Virus record (IMG/VR): IMGVR_UViG_3300028048_000054
DNA: 64,000 nucleotides
From: a virus
Lineage: Duplodnaviria; Caudoviricetes
Reading direction: 5' to 3' (one strand)
Under the pieces are notes generated by a model. The model worked only from the letters and a program-made list of their open reading frames with translations. It was not told where the DNA came from and searched no databases. The translations under genes were made by a program, and so were the position numbers. This document shows positions 1-9,945 of the stretch, piece by piece (within the stretch, counting starts at the first letter, position 1; the number at the start of each line of letters is the position of its first letter).

Positions 1-54
1 AATGAATTTTCTAGTTTTATTACAGATTTTCATTTAATATCTCCTATATGGCTA

Positions 55-83
55 ATTATACCATATTTAATTTATTTTGTCAA
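55..83 (-). promoter_or_regulatory. sigma70-type promoter
   Basis: Reverse strand TTGACA-17 nt-TATAAT with TG at the extended -10, upstream of an SD near position 40. Confidence 0.75.
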
Positions 84-380
84 GCCCTCTATCCACGACT
101 TCATATTGTCAACAGAGTCAACTTTTGTAGTGCGGCCAACTTCTTGTCCATCTTTATAGACAATAATTACTGGAAGATTGCTGATATTTAATTTACCAGC
201 CAGTTCTTCATTTTCAGCAATGTCGGTCAACCCGCAGGTATAACCCTCAAGTTTATCTGCTAACACATTGAAAGCAGGTTTAGAGGCTTGGCAGTGCCCA
301 CACCAAGCAGCAGTGATAAAAGCAACAGCATTACCTTTACCGATAGTTTCATCATAATTTGTTTCAGTTAATTTAATCAT
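72..380 (-). CDS. trxA: thioredoxin
   Basis: WCGHC redox motif, cis-Pro loop (NLPV), 102 aa. Confidence 0.9.
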   Translation of the reverse strand: MIKLTETNYDETIGKGNAVAFITAAWCGHCQASKPAFNVLADKLEGYTCGLTDIAENEELAGKLNISNLPVIIVYKDGQEVGRTTKVDSVDNMKSWIEGLTK

Positions 381-383
381 AAA

Positions 384-899
384 TTATACCCCAGTACTTC
401 CAAACCCACCTTCACCACGGTCCGTATCATTTTCTACTTTACCTTCTTCTACAATAGGTGTAAAGATGGGCAATAACAATGCCTGAATGAGTTTATCACC
501 AGGGAGTAAATATTGTGTATTGTTAGACACATTATTTAAGTTCACAAAAATTTCACCACGATAAGCACTGTCTACAACACAGGCACCACGAAGTAAATGT
601 TTCTTGGTAGCAATCCCAGAGCGATTAAAGAACACAAGGGCACGACCATTATCAAACTTACACTTGATACCCATAGGAATTAAACAGGATTCGTGTGGTT
701 TAATTTCAATAGCAGCCGAGGTAATAGTATCATTGGTAGGTTCCATATTACGTGTGTACAAACCAATGTTAATGTTCTTACCTTTCTGCATAACATAGTT
801 TAAATCAGCAGGGATATAGAAGTCCAAGCCAGCGTCAGTTTCGTGAGCACGTGACGGCATTTGAACATTGGTTAATCTTTCAAATACAATTTTATCCAT
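384..899 (-). CDS. dut: trimeric dUTPase
   Basis: Motifs AGLD, RSG, VVDSAYRGE, RGEGGFGSTG; start set at MDKIV (track ORF starts at 926). Confidence 0.95.
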   Translation of the reverse strand: MDKIVFERLTNVQMPSRAHETDAGLDFYIPADLNYVMQKGKNINIGLYTRNMEPTNDTITSAAIEIKPHESCLIPMGIKCKFDNGRALVFFNRSGIATKKHLLRGACVVDSAYRGEIFVNLNNVSNNTQYLLPGDKLIQALLLPIFTPIVEEGKVENDTDRGEGGFGSTGV

Positions 900-900
900 A

Positions 901-1395
901 TTATTTACCATCACTCTCAGCACCATCTGCTGATTTTACAATAGGCTCATCTTTAGGTCTATTTTCTCTTGCTTGAGCAATTTTGTATTGTTCATCAAAT
1001 GAATCAATAAGAGTTTGTAAAATACTTCTGCGAGTAATTTCACCAGGTTTAATTTGTAAATACCCAGTATCAAACCTGTCCATTGAATCACCCAAATTAA
1101 ATAAGAACAGTATGTACCGTCTTATACCAACATCTTTGCCCACATCATCAATGAACTTTAAAATAATACTTGTTGCATCATCAGTAGAAAATTGAGTATT
1201 ATTTTTTACTACTCCATTTTCATAAAACGTATCTTTGAAATATTGAAGTTTGTCTAATTCAGATACAAAACTAGCACTCAATACATTATCAAAAGTACGC
1301 CGTAATGTTACACCACTGTTATTAGACAGGGCGGTCAAGCAATCTAAATCGGTTGCTGTAAACTTAATTGTTGCTTCTAACTCTTTAATTTCCAT
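901..1395 (-). CDS. hypothetical protein
   Basis: 164 aa ORF tightly packed in operon. Confidence 0.7.
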   Translation of the reverse strand: MEIKELEATIKFTATDLDCLTALSNNSGVTLRRTFDNVLSASFVSELDKLQYFKDTFYENGVVKNNTQFSTDDATSIILKFIDDVGKDVGIRRYILFLFNLGDSMDRFDTGYLQIKPGEITRRSILQTLIDSFDEQYKIAQARENRPKDEPIVKSADGAESDGK

Positions 1396-1398
1396 AAT

Positions 1399-1983
1399 TT
1401 ATTCTCCAACGAGTTCCGTTTCTGGCTCGTTATTTAAATTCCATTTACAATTTTCTTCCCACTCTTGAGAGCGTACTTCATCCTCTGTGGAACTCAAATT
1501 ATTGAAATTTGTCTGCATTTGTACAGGTTTTACTTGTCCACCATAAGGTGCGGCCTGGGTGCCAGTGTCTACAAAACAATTGGCTACAATAGGTAGATTA
1601 ATGTACTGGTTATTACACACATTTCCGTCTTCATCAAACTCGCGTTGTGTAGAACCTGCATCTTCTGACATATGCTCATTAACTTCATCCTCAACTAATG
1701 CCCACATAAACAATAAATAATTACGGGCATCATTAATACGTCCTTTAATACTTTCTGAGTAGGATTGGTTCGTTTTAGCAAAATTTAGAATACTATTGAT
1801 GTGCTTCATCAAGAAAATGGAACATACAATTTTTGGGTCAATACCTAACTGAGTAGCATAGTCTTTAAAGAATTTGAGTCTATCTTCATTAGATACAACA
1901 TACTCATTACCCTTAGTACCAAGAATCTTACTCTCGGAATCTTCCAGCATACACTTAATATCATTTAATTGTTTTGTGTTCAT
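1399..1983 (-). CDS. all-alpha NTP pyrophosphohydrolase-like (Nmad1/MazG-like) protein
   Basis: KGNEY...DRL.FFK...KH...ESIKGRINDARNY pattern; next to dUTPase and kinase. Confidence 0.5.
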   Translation of the reverse strand: MNTKQLNDIKCMLEDSESKILGTKGNEYVVSNEDRLKFFKDYATQLGIDPKIVCSIFLMKHINSILNFAKTNQSYSESIKGRINDARNYLLFMWALVEDEVNEHMSEDAGSTQREFDEDGNVCNNQYINLPIVANCFVDTGTQAAPYGGQVKPVQMQTNFNNLSSTEDEVRSQEWEENCKWNLNNEPETELVGE

Positions 1984-2530
1984 TTTTAGCCCTCAATTCA
2001 TTGAATTTTGTGAGTACTTGATTAAAGCGTTCATCGGTATCACCAGACACACGCAGTAACTTTTCCTCTGGTATAGAGTTTAACATAATTTGGAACTCTT
2101 TGTCAATATCCTCTTGGAATTGTTTATTAACAGTACGAATACCATCATCACGCATTTCAAACGATATAGGACAATAGATATACAAATCAATTAAATCTTT
2201 CGTCTTACCATAGTATTGCTCAATTACGTGGACACATTGAGGTGTTACATAAGGGTGCTCACTATTAGCAAGAACAGTTGCATACACATAGTTATCTAAC
2301 ATACACCTGTCAGTAACAAAGTTTTCCCAAGATAAATGGTTCAGATGATAAGCACACATAGCCAACTGTGTAGCATCATCAGCACGTTCATTTATTGTAA
2401 ACCCATTGCGTTGTACTTCTCTAATAACTTCTGGAAAGAACTCATACCCAGCGAATTTATAACAACTATACATACGATGGAATAAGCAGGTCTTACCAGT
2501 GTTATGTGCTCCTACCAATGCTATTCTCAT
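1961..2530 (-). CDS. P-loop nucleotide kinase (AAA_28/NadR-like, dNMP kinase-like)
   Basis: N-terminal GAHNTGKT Walker A, DR motif, DDGIR. Confidence 0.75.
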   Translation of the reverse strand: MRIALVGAHNTGKTCLFHRMYSCYKFAGYEFFPEVIREVQRNGFTINERADDATQLAMCAYHLNHLSWENFVTDRCMLDNYVYATVLANSEHPYVTPQCVHVIEQYYGKTKDLIDLYIYCPISFEMRDDGIRTVNKQFQEDIDKEFQIMLNSIPEEKLLRVSGDTDERFNQVLTKFNELRAKNEHKTIK

Positions 2531-4770
2531 TTAGCAAATTTTCTCCATAATCTGTCTGACTTATAATCTTTCAAAGGCACAAACCCTACTGACTTGCGGA
2601 GTTCAGCAATTAGTTTTAAGTATTTCTTTGCTACTTCTTCACCCATAAATACATTTTCCATTAAGTAATTAACCATCTCTATCATAACTGGCTTACATAA
2701 TGTCAATATATCTTCTGTTTGATAACGGCACTCATTAAGGACCATAATGGCTTCCCGCTGTAAGTTATCATCATCAATCGTAAGTAACTTTGATGCATAA
2801 AAATCGTTATTATTTACAAACGACATTACACCATTATTAGTTTGGGTAGAATACCCATACTTGCGAACTAATGCCAGTGCTTTACTAGTGGCTACTTGTA
2901 AGTCTCCCCAACAACCGTGGGATAGGTTTTCTTCACCAAATACCATAGTTTCGGCACAGCGACCACCTAAAGCCATAGAAATATATGACTTATGAAATCT
3001 GTGCAATGACTCCGTTTCATCAGCGAAGTCATCATTCATCAAAGGTCTGGTAAATGCTGCTGCTTCCATAGACAGTGGAGCCATATCAATATCTGCTGGA
3101 AGTCCTGTTAAGAACATCCAAGTAATGGCGTGCCCTGCCTCGTGTACCGCATTGGCTAGTCTTCCTTTACCACCACACTCTTCCTCTTGGTCCGATACTT
3201 CCAATAAAAGGTTCTTGGTAACCTTTCTAGTACCGTGTGTGATAATCAACTTCTTGGTCTTCTCGTCAATATCAACTGTGGCTTTACAGGGTTTCATTTG
3301 AGAACACAACTCAATGATAGAACCACCAACCATTACGTCAACTAATGATAGCAACGGTCTTACACCTTGAGTTGGGAACGCACCATTTCTAAACAATATG
3401 CTCTTCATATTGTCTGTAAAGGTAAGTTCAACCTTGTAGTCCTTTTTAATACGTTTGGCAATAATACCAAGTCTGTCGTTAATCAGTTGTTTATATGCTT
3501 TGGCACTTAATGTAGGGTAGATGATATGGTTCATACCCAAACGAGAAATCTGCTCTGGTCTAATGTTTTCCAGTAATAACTGTTTCAAATCAAACCATTT
3601 CAATTTCTTGTTCGCTTCATACAGTTCATCAATGTCTTTATAAGTGTACATCAAAGACCGTGACCCATTAAATAAAGAGTCTTGGTTGCCAGCGATAATA
3701 ACCAACAGGTTCTTTGCTTTCAACAACGACTCAACATCACTCTTAACTAATCTTACTGCCTCACGTTTCACGGAGTCAATGATACGGTTATAAGTGGCAA
3801 AGTCTAAATGTTGAAACAAAGAGTTCTTTAACGCCTTTACAACACGTTCTTTTTCATAGGTCATATTAACACGGAACAGTGTGTAAATGTTAGTGTCTTT
3901 TAATTCCTCTGATAACTTCTTAACAAATTTTTCAATATCTTCCAGTTCGTAGTCTTTTGAGTAGCCAACCGAATAGAGCATATCATCAAACTTACCAGCC
4001 ACTTCTACTAGGTTTCTGTCATAAGAACCTAAGTGGTGGTCATAGTTACTTTCAAACGAACTAGAGCGAGAACGCCAAAGTTCAAGTTCTGATTTCAATT
4101 TGGTATTATCATCTAATTTACCAGATTGGTCTAATGCCAACTGTAAGTTCTTGTGTGCTGAAATCCAATAGCCACACACCAAGTCAAATAAGTTGATAAT
4201 AATTTCAAGGAAGTCTTCTTTGGTAAAAAATCTTCCGTCAGACAATAACGTCCACAAGTCTTGGTACGGAGTATTACGAACTGGCTTGCCCTCTTTATCA
4301 ATGGTCTGCATATTTTGGAACTCATCAATAAATAAGCACAAGTCATTTCTATTATTACCTACTGCTCTACTTACTCTACGCAGAACAGTAACACGTTCAT
4401 CTTGTGAAGCGGAATTGTCTAGGGTGATTTCAACCAAACGATTGGCAGCCTGTAATTCGTCCATCAGCATACGAATTAAGGAAGTCTTTCCTAGACCAGT
4501 AATAGACCAAATATTTACAATAGTGGGCCTATCACCAACCGTAGTACCAAGATACCAACCAGAGATGCTATCTATAAGCATATCAATTTGGTCATCAATA
4601 CCACGGTAATGTTTTTTGAGTTTTTTACGTACTCTAGTCAGAATACGTTTCTTTTCTGCTACTGATAAATCTTTACCCAATTTACAATTATTTGTAATTC
4701 TTTCCAACTGTTTGTTATATGCGGATGCCCGAATCTGGCTTTCCAAAACAGGTTCTTCTCTTAAACTCAT
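2527..4770 (-). CDS. AAA+ ATPase fused to FtsH-type M41 zinc peptidase, no membrane anchor
   Basis: TGLGKTS Walker A, LFIDE Walker B, HEAGH zinc motif, LGGRCAE and GDLQVAT M41 motifs. Confidence 0.8.
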   Translation of the reverse strand: MSLREEPVLESQIRASAYNKQLERITNNCKLGKDLSVAEKKRILTRVRKKLKKHYRGIDDQIDMLIDSISGWYLGTTVGDRPTIVNIWSITGLGKTSLIRMLMDELQAANRLVEITLDNSASQDERVTVLRRVSRAVGNNRNDLCLFIDEFQNMQTIDKEGKPVRNTPYQDLWTLLSDGRFFTKEDFLEIIINLFDLVCGYWISAHKNLQLALDQSGKLDDNTKLKSELELWRSRSSSFESNYDHHLGSYDRNLVEVAGKFDDMLYSVGYSKDYELEDIEKFVKKLSEELKDTNIYTLFRVNMTYEKERVVKALKNSLFQHLDFATYNRIIDSVKREAVRLVKSDVESLLKAKNLLVIIAGNQDSLFNGSRSLMYTYKDIDELYEANKKLKWFDLKQLLLENIRPEQISRLGMNHIIYPTLSAKAYKQLINDRLGIIAKRIKKDYKVELTFTDNMKSILFRNGAFPTQGVRPLLSLVDVMVGGSIIELCSQMKPCKATVDIDEKTKKLIITHGTRKVTKNLLLEVSDQEEECGGKGRLANAVHEAGHAITWMFLTGLPADIDMAPLSMEAAAFTRPLMNDDFADETESLHRFHKSYISMALGGRCAETMVFGEENLSHGCWGDLQVATSKALALVRKYGYSTQTNNGVMSFVNNNDFYASKLLTIDDDNLQREAIMVLNECRYQTEDILTLCKPVMIEMVNYLMENVFMGEEVAKKYLKLIAELRKSVGFVPLKDYKSDRLWRKFAK

Positions 4771-4791
4771 TCTTTATTTACCTCTAGACTA

Positions 4792-4820
4792 ATTATACCA
4801 TATTATTCTATATTTGTCAA
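4792..4820 (-). promoter_or_regulatory. sigma70-type promoter
   Basis: TTGACA-17-TATAAT upstream of the AAA/M41 gene. Confidence 0.75.
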
Positions 4821-6131
4821 TGGGTACTTCTTACACATATCTGCAACCCAATCTCTGACAGTATTACGTTGTTCTAATGTAATGGCATCACCCAATACTA
4901 ACACATCACACATTAGTTCTGCCAACTTCTTACTGTCTTCAACTTGGAAACCACGAGTAGTTATAGCAGCCGTTCCAATCCGTAACCCAGACGTTTCAGA
5001 TTTAGGTCTTGTATCCCCAGGAACCGTATTTTTATTAGTCACAATACCACAGAATTTTAATAAATCTTCGGCTTTTTGTCCAGTCATTGTTTGATGCCCA
5101 GGAATTGTTCTCAGGTCTAACAGTAACATATGAGTATCAGAACCGTCTGCCACTAACCTAAATCCGCGTTCTTTAAACACTTCTTGCATCATAATACGGT
5201 TAGCAAGTAATCTGCCAATATATGCTTTGAAGTCATCAGTAGAGGCTTCTTTGAAACATATTGCCTTACCAGCAATCACGTGCATCAGTGGTCCACCTTG
5301 CGTGCGTGGGAATACCGCTGTGTTAATCTTCTTAATTAGTTCACCACTATTAGTAAGGATAAAACCACCACGAGGTCCACGCAATGTTTTATGGGTAGTA
5401 GAAGTTACAATGTCAGCATAAGGTACTGGGTTTTGGTGTAGCCCTGCCGCTACCAAACCAGCCACGTGTGCCATATCTACCATCATTAAACATTTTGGTA
5501 TTTCAAACTGATATGGATAGGATTCTCTATCTTCAATGACAACATCGTCCCCGCATACCACTTTCGGTTTATCACTATTATACTCGTCTAAAATCTCTCT
5601 AATACGAGCATAGTTAATTTCTCTAGGGTAAGATGAACCACCAACAATTAACAAGTGTGGATGAGTTTCATTTAATCGCTTTCTCAATTCATATAAATCA
5701 ATAGTACCATTACTGCCTACACCGTAATAAGATGAGTGATAAATCTTTGAAGTGTAAGATGCTTTTGAAACGTGCGTAATATGAGCACCAGCATCTAAGT
5801 CCATCGCTAAAACTCTATCACCAGGTTTCAATACTGCCGCATACACCGCTTGGTTTGCTTGTGAACCAGAGTGTGGTTGTACGTTGGCATAGGTAGAACC
5901 AAACAATTTACAGGCACGATATATGGCTTCATTTTCAATTGAATCTACTACTTCGCACCCACTATAATATCTATGCCCTGGATAGCCCTCGGCATACTTA
6001 TTTGTTAAAATTGAACCCTGTGCTTCCCGTATATCTTTGGAAGTATAGTTTTCAGATGCTATTAAGCATAACTCGTTGTTCTGCCTTTCTGCTTCTCGTT
6101 TAATCAATAAACCAATCGTTGTATCCTTCAC
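4803..6131 (-). CDS. glyA: serine hydroxymethyltransferase
   Basis: LIASEN, NKYAEGYPG, NVQPHSGSQAN, TTHKTLRGPRGG (PLP lysine), SGLRIGT. Confidence 0.97.
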   Translation of the reverse strand: MKDTTIGLLIKREAERQNNELCLIASENYTSKDIREAQGSILTNKYAEGYPGHRYYSGCEVVDSIENEAIYRACKLFGSTYANVQPHSGSQANQAVYAAVLKPGDRVLAMDLDAGAHITHVSKASYTSKIYHSSYYGVGSNGTIDLYELRKRLNETHPHLLIVGGSSYPREINYARIREILDEYNSDKPKVVCGDDVVIEDRESYPYQFEIPKCLMMVDMAHVAGLVAAGLHQNPVPYADIVTSTTHKTLRGPRGGFILTNSGELIKKINTAVFPRTQGGPLMHVIAGKAICFKEASTDDFKAYIGRLLANRIMMQEVFKERGFRLVADGSDTHMLLLDLRTIPGHQTMTGQKAEDLLKFCGIVTNKNTVPGDTRPKSETSGLRIGTAAITTRGFQVEDSKKLAELMCDVLVLGDAITLEQRNTVRDWVADMCKKYPLTNIE

Positions 6132-6513
6132 AGTTAATCTCCTTGCTCACGGCTTTTAAAAAATTATCTATAAAAATTTCATCTTTATTACACATTAGGT
6201 TTCTCATTCGTTCATTGTAGGCTTCAATAGTTTTACCAACTTGTTTTAACAATTTATCGTGGTACTTATTAAAAACAATAGGCTTAAAATATTTGTCATC
6301 TGCCCCATATTGTACGTTCAACATTACTCCCTGTCGGTGAATTGAAAAATTAATGACAAAATACTTTTTTGGATATGCCAGAGTCAAGGTATAATAACCC
6401 TCACCAAACCCAGACGAATCAAGTTTATCTTTAAAACTATCCACTTTCAATCCGTACTTATCAATTAATTTAAGTATGGCTTTCTCAACTTCTATTTCTT
6501 TCTTATTTGCCAT
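6100..6513 (-). CDS. hypothetical protein
   Basis: 137 aa ORF in operon. Confidence 0.65.
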   Translation of the reverse strand: MANKKEIEVEKAILKLIDKYGLKVDSFKDKLDSSGFGEGYYTLTLAYPKKYFVINFSIHRQGVMLNVQYGADDKYFKPIVFNKYHDKLLKQVGKTIEAYNERMRNLMCNKDEIFIDNFLKAVSKEINCEGYNDWFID

Positions 6514-6940
6514 TTTTCTTCTCCATTTCTTCTATCCCATTTAAGAATAAGGTATAGGCATATTCCTTTCTGTCTTCAATAGATTTCTGCCGTTTCTCAA
6601 TCAAATCAACGATAGTACCAGTTATTTTGCTAAACAAAACTTCCTGATGTCCTTTGGGGAATTTGATAGTTGTTTTAGTACTACCATACGGTGTTATAGC
6701 AATCTCTGTGCTCAAACTATCTTCAGACAGAGCAAAGTGTATATTAATCCAATCACTATATCCTTTTGGGTATAGGTCACCATAGTAAATTGGATGGTCT
6801 AGTTCATTACACACACGGCTATTAAAATCTTTGGCCCATAAGTCATTGTGCATTATTATATCATACACTTTTCTTTTTACCTGTTCGCTTTTTTCTGTCA
6901 TATTTATTCTCCCATAATTTTCTGCTAAGTTCTTGTTCAT
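6503..6940 (-). CDS. hypothetical protein
   Basis: ORF in operon; start uncertain. Confidence 0.6.
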   Translation of the reverse strand: MNKNLAENYGRINMTEKSEQVKRKVYDIIMHNDLWAKDFNSRVCNELDHPIYYGDLYPKGYSDWINIHFALSEDSLSTEIAITPYGSTKTTIKFPKGHQEVLFSKITGTIVDLIEKRQKSIEDRKEYAYTLFLNGIEEMEKKNGK

Positions 6941-7232
6941 CTTTCGGTAACCACCTATAAAACTGATGAACAGGTCCTAAAATCTTATAAGATTTCATAA
7001 ATAAATGATTGGTCACCTCTACAACTACATACCTATAGAACTGTCTATTTTTATTTTCAGGCTTATATGTACCTACACGGTTATTCTGCTTAAATGTTAC
7101 AACCTTGTTTACACCGTTGATATACCCATCCCACCGAATATGGTCAATTAGGCCATCTTCATAATCACCACAATATACAGCAGTGGCATCTGTGACAAAC
7201 ATTAAATGAAATTCATTTCCCCATATCTTCAT
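6861..7232 (-). CDS. hypothetical protein
   Basis: 123 aa ORF with SD. Confidence 0.6.
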   Translation of the reverse strand: MKIWGNEFHLMFVTDATAVYCGDYEDGLIDHIRWDGYINGVNKVVTFKQNNRVGTYKPENKNRQFYRYVVVEVTNHLFMKSYKILGPVHQFYRWLPKDEQELSRKLWENKYDRKKRTGKKKSV

Positions 7233-7240
7233 AGAGTCTC

Positions 7241-7498
7241 CTAACGGTTAAATATGTCCTTAACATATTCATCACACAAGCACCTTATACTATCATCTGG
7301 ATAAATAATAAACCAATATCCAGGTGGAACAAAAACATCATCATTTATATACAAAAATGTTGTATCAACACCACGATATTTAACTATCTTATATTTGGCA
7401 AATCCACGTTCCACCACCATATCAGAATCTGGAGTCCTACCACCAAACCAACGGAATCCACGAAATGGTTTTTTAGATATTAGGGTCGTCATACACAA
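7241..7498 (-). CDS. hypothetical protein
   Basis: 85 aa ORF in operon. Confidence 0.55.
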   Translation of the reverse strand: MCMTTLISKKPFRGFRWFGGRTPDSDMVVERGFAKYKIVKYRGVDTTFLYINDDVFVPPGYWFIIYPDDSIRCLCDEYVKDIFNR

Positions 7499-7655
7499 CG
7501 TCTAACTCCTTAAAAAATAGAATCATATAACCAGGATTAGCATTTTGTATCTCAGTTATAAGGCGTACATCGTTCCACGCTTTATGAAAGAACGATTTAC
7601 GAATAGTTTGTCCAAACTTCTGTTGACTTTCCATTACAACATAGTATGATTTCAT
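7473..7655 (-). CDS. hypothetical protein
   Basis: 60 aa, ATGA-coupled to upstream gene. Confidence 0.55.
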   Translation of the reverse strand: MKSYYVVMESQQKFGQTIRKSFFHKAWNDVRLITEIQNANPGYMILFFKELDVVYDDPNI

Positions 7656-8425
7656 AAGTGTACCTGCTCATTAAAATTATAAATATTTAACAACGACTTA
7701 AATATCTCAAAATAATATGTCATTTGTTCACGCCCAAAATCTACAACTTCATAATATATTGCTCCTTTATCAAACCTAATTAAATAAACGTGTTCTACTT
7801 TTTCTGGTATTCCATAGTCCTTTGCACGTTCTTCCAACGCCACCCAGTATGCCGCCAACTGTAATAAATATTTGGTGTGCAGGCTACCCGTTGTTTTCCA
7901 ATCCATAATATATAACTTTCCATCTTTATGTGCAACGTAGTCGATACAGCCCGCATATTTATACACATTAGACCAAATCAAGCACTCCGCTTTAACAGTT
8001 GTGTTGGGCCCTAAATTCCAGTCTTTTACAAACTTTAACATTGAGTCACGGCATATATTAACATCAGCATACGGGTGCTTTTGTATTTCTTTTATTTCAC
8101 CTGTGGTCAAATAATGTTCTAAAAAATCGTGTAATAAAGTACCAAATTCGGCTGATTGTTTTGTATAGTTCTCTGGTGCAGAATATGCTGAGTCATACAA
8201 CTCCATTATTTCATCACTAGAATAGGAATCAAACGAGGGTGCTGACAATATATCTAGTACGTAGTTATTAAAAGTATCCCTACGTTTTTTATATTTCCAT
8301 GCATCTAAAATGTCATTACCAAAATTAGCAACAGACAAGATATTAGATACACGTACAAATGTACCAACTTTCTCGATATTATATCCTGTTGGCGTGACCC
8401 CATATTTTGGAATACAACTAATCAT
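7652..8425 (-). CDS. PD-(D/E)XK exonuclease (Cas4-like phage nuclease)
   Basis: GTLLH, YAGCID, MDWKT, QLAAY motifs. Confidence 0.85.
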   Translation of the reverse strand: MISCIPKYGVTPTGYNIEKVGTFVRVSNILSVANFGNDILDAWKYKKRRDTFNNYVLDILSAPSFDSYSSDEIMELYDSAYSAPENYTKQSAEFGTLLHDFLEHYLTTGEIKEIQKHPYADVNICRDSMLKFVKDWNLGPNTTVKAECLIWSNVYKYAGCIDYVAHKDGKLYIMDWKTTGSLHTKYLLQLAAYWVALEERAKDYGIPEKVEHVYLIRFDKGAIYYEVVDFGREQMTYYFEIFKSLLNIYNFNEQVHL

Positions 8426-8976
8426 AAAACAATACTCTCCTTAACTTCATTGCCAAAGACATCCCATCCGTCTGCTTTTTCTCTCGCAAATAGTTCCACC
8501 CTTGGTAGGTCTCCAAATAGTTCAACAATCTTATATCTAACTATATCAGGTTTTTTACTGTGTTTCTCTTTTGATGATATTATCACACTAGATACTTTAT
8601 TAGAAATAGGTTTCATTTTACCCTTAATACCAAGCAGACACACTTCACAATTAGACTTGGTATAATACCCAATACCAAAGAACGGCTCCGAATTATTTTT
8701 ATTAGTCTTTATCCAAGAAAACCCAAGAGTTTTATAGTCAAAACCCCAGGCAGACATAACTTTTAAACCATCTAGTAATTTTGGAAATGTAACCCATAAA
8801 AATAATGCACAATTATCGTCCGCTATATTTTTTATAGGTAGTTGGCATATATCATCTGTGGACATAACTTTGTAATGCCCCATAGCACCACCACCAAATT
8901 TTGTGTTGGTATTATTTCTTGCATTATATTTCCACGGAGGGTCTGCTAGTATAATATTATATTTTTTATTTTGCAT
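8422..8976 (-). CDS. MT-A70 family N6-adenine methyltransferase
   Basis: ILADPPW, LFLWVT, WGFDYKT, HSKKP, ELFAR, GWDVFGNE. Confidence 0.92.
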   Translation of the reverse strand: MQNKKYNIILADPPWKYNARNNTNTKFGGGAMGHYKVMSTDDICQLPIKNIADDNCALFLWVTFPKLLDGLKVMSAWGFDYKTLGFSWIKTNKNNSEPFFGIGYYTKSNCEVCLLGIKGKMKPISNKVSSVIISSKEKHSKKPDIVRYKIVELFGDLPRVELFAREKADGWDVFGNEVKESIVL

Positions 8977-9268
8977 CTAGCCACTCGTCTGTTGTTTGGT
9001 ACTTTTTAAATTCTTTTGTAGTTAAAAATTCATATGGGTATTCTGTTCCTGGATTATACACAGTGTTGCAAACAATCATACGCCCCACCATCTGTGAAAC
9101 CAAGAAGAAGAATTGGTTATTAATAGATGCGTACAAACCTTCTTCATCATGGACAGGCATAAATACTTTCATAGCAGCAACTTTACTTCGTTTCTTTTTT
9201 TCAAACTTTTCAATACCTGTTTTAATTTTCATCAACTCATTATAAACTTGTTCCGATACCAACATCAT
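8966..9268 (-). CDS. hypothetical protein
   Basis: 100 aa ORF in operon. Confidence 0.6.
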   Translation of the reverse strand: MMLVSEQVYNELMKIKTGIEKFEKKKRSKVAAMKVFMPVHDEEGLYASINNQFFFLVSQMVGRMIVCNTVYNPGTEYPYEFLTTKEFKKYQTTDEWLDAK

Positions 9269-9945
9269 TTTCGCCCCTTTATTACCTCTACTTTACTCAT
9301 CAATTCAGTGGCCGTATGGTCTTTTAAAAACTCATCTGGGTCTGTATTAATATTTACACGATAAATATTCACCTTAGTATGATATAATTTCCACATATCA
9401 TAAATGGCCGAGAGTCCTGCTTTATCCCCATCTAAACACATAACAATGTTGTTGGTTAAAGAAGATAATGCAACAAAATGGGATGGAGAAAAATTTGTAC
9501 CTAAAATAGAAACTGTGTTTGGAAATCCTTTACAAGCCATAGCCACACAATCGTAAGCACCCTCAACCACAAATACACGGTTAAGTTTTGCTATTGCCTT
9601 ATATGCTTTGTCAATTCCAAACATACAAGTTGGTTTTGATACCCCCTCTTTCAAGTAAGAGTCGTGTTTCTGATTATTAAATACACGAATTGATAACCCT
9701 TGAAATGACCTGTCTATACCAAGTATCGGCATAAACAACGCCTCTTTAACTCCCTCACGAGCATACTTCTCTTTCTTGAATTTACACAAATGATACACTC
9801 CACGCTCTTTTATCCAAGGGCACAGGTCATAATTAGTAAATCTACCATTCTCTAATCGTAATCCCTCAAAATAATCTATATGGGCGTAAGTTAAACCTTT
9901 TGTGTCTAAATAATTTTTTACAGTTCCACTTGTGATATGGTTCAC
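9265..9945 (-). CDS. DnaG-type primase catalytic (Toprim) domain protein
   Basis: VVEGAYD, LGT, LDGDKAG, DPDE motifs; no zinc-binding domain. Confidence 0.85.
   Translation of the reverse strand: MNHITSGTVKNYLDTKGLTYAHIDYFEGLRLENGRFTNYDLCPWIKERGVYHLCKFKKEKYAREGVKEALFMPILGIDRSFQGLSIRVFNNQKHDSYLKEGVSKPTCMFGIDKAYKAIAKLNRVFVVEGAYDCVAMACKGFPNTVSILGTNFSPSHFVALSSLTNNIVMCLDGDKAGLSAIYDMWKLYHTKVNIYRVNINTDPDEFLKDHTATELMSKVEVIKGRK

Noticed and set aside
7652-8425. Cas4 of a CRISPR system
   Set aside because: No Fe-S cysteine cluster pattern, no array or other cas genes; typical phage replication-module nuclease
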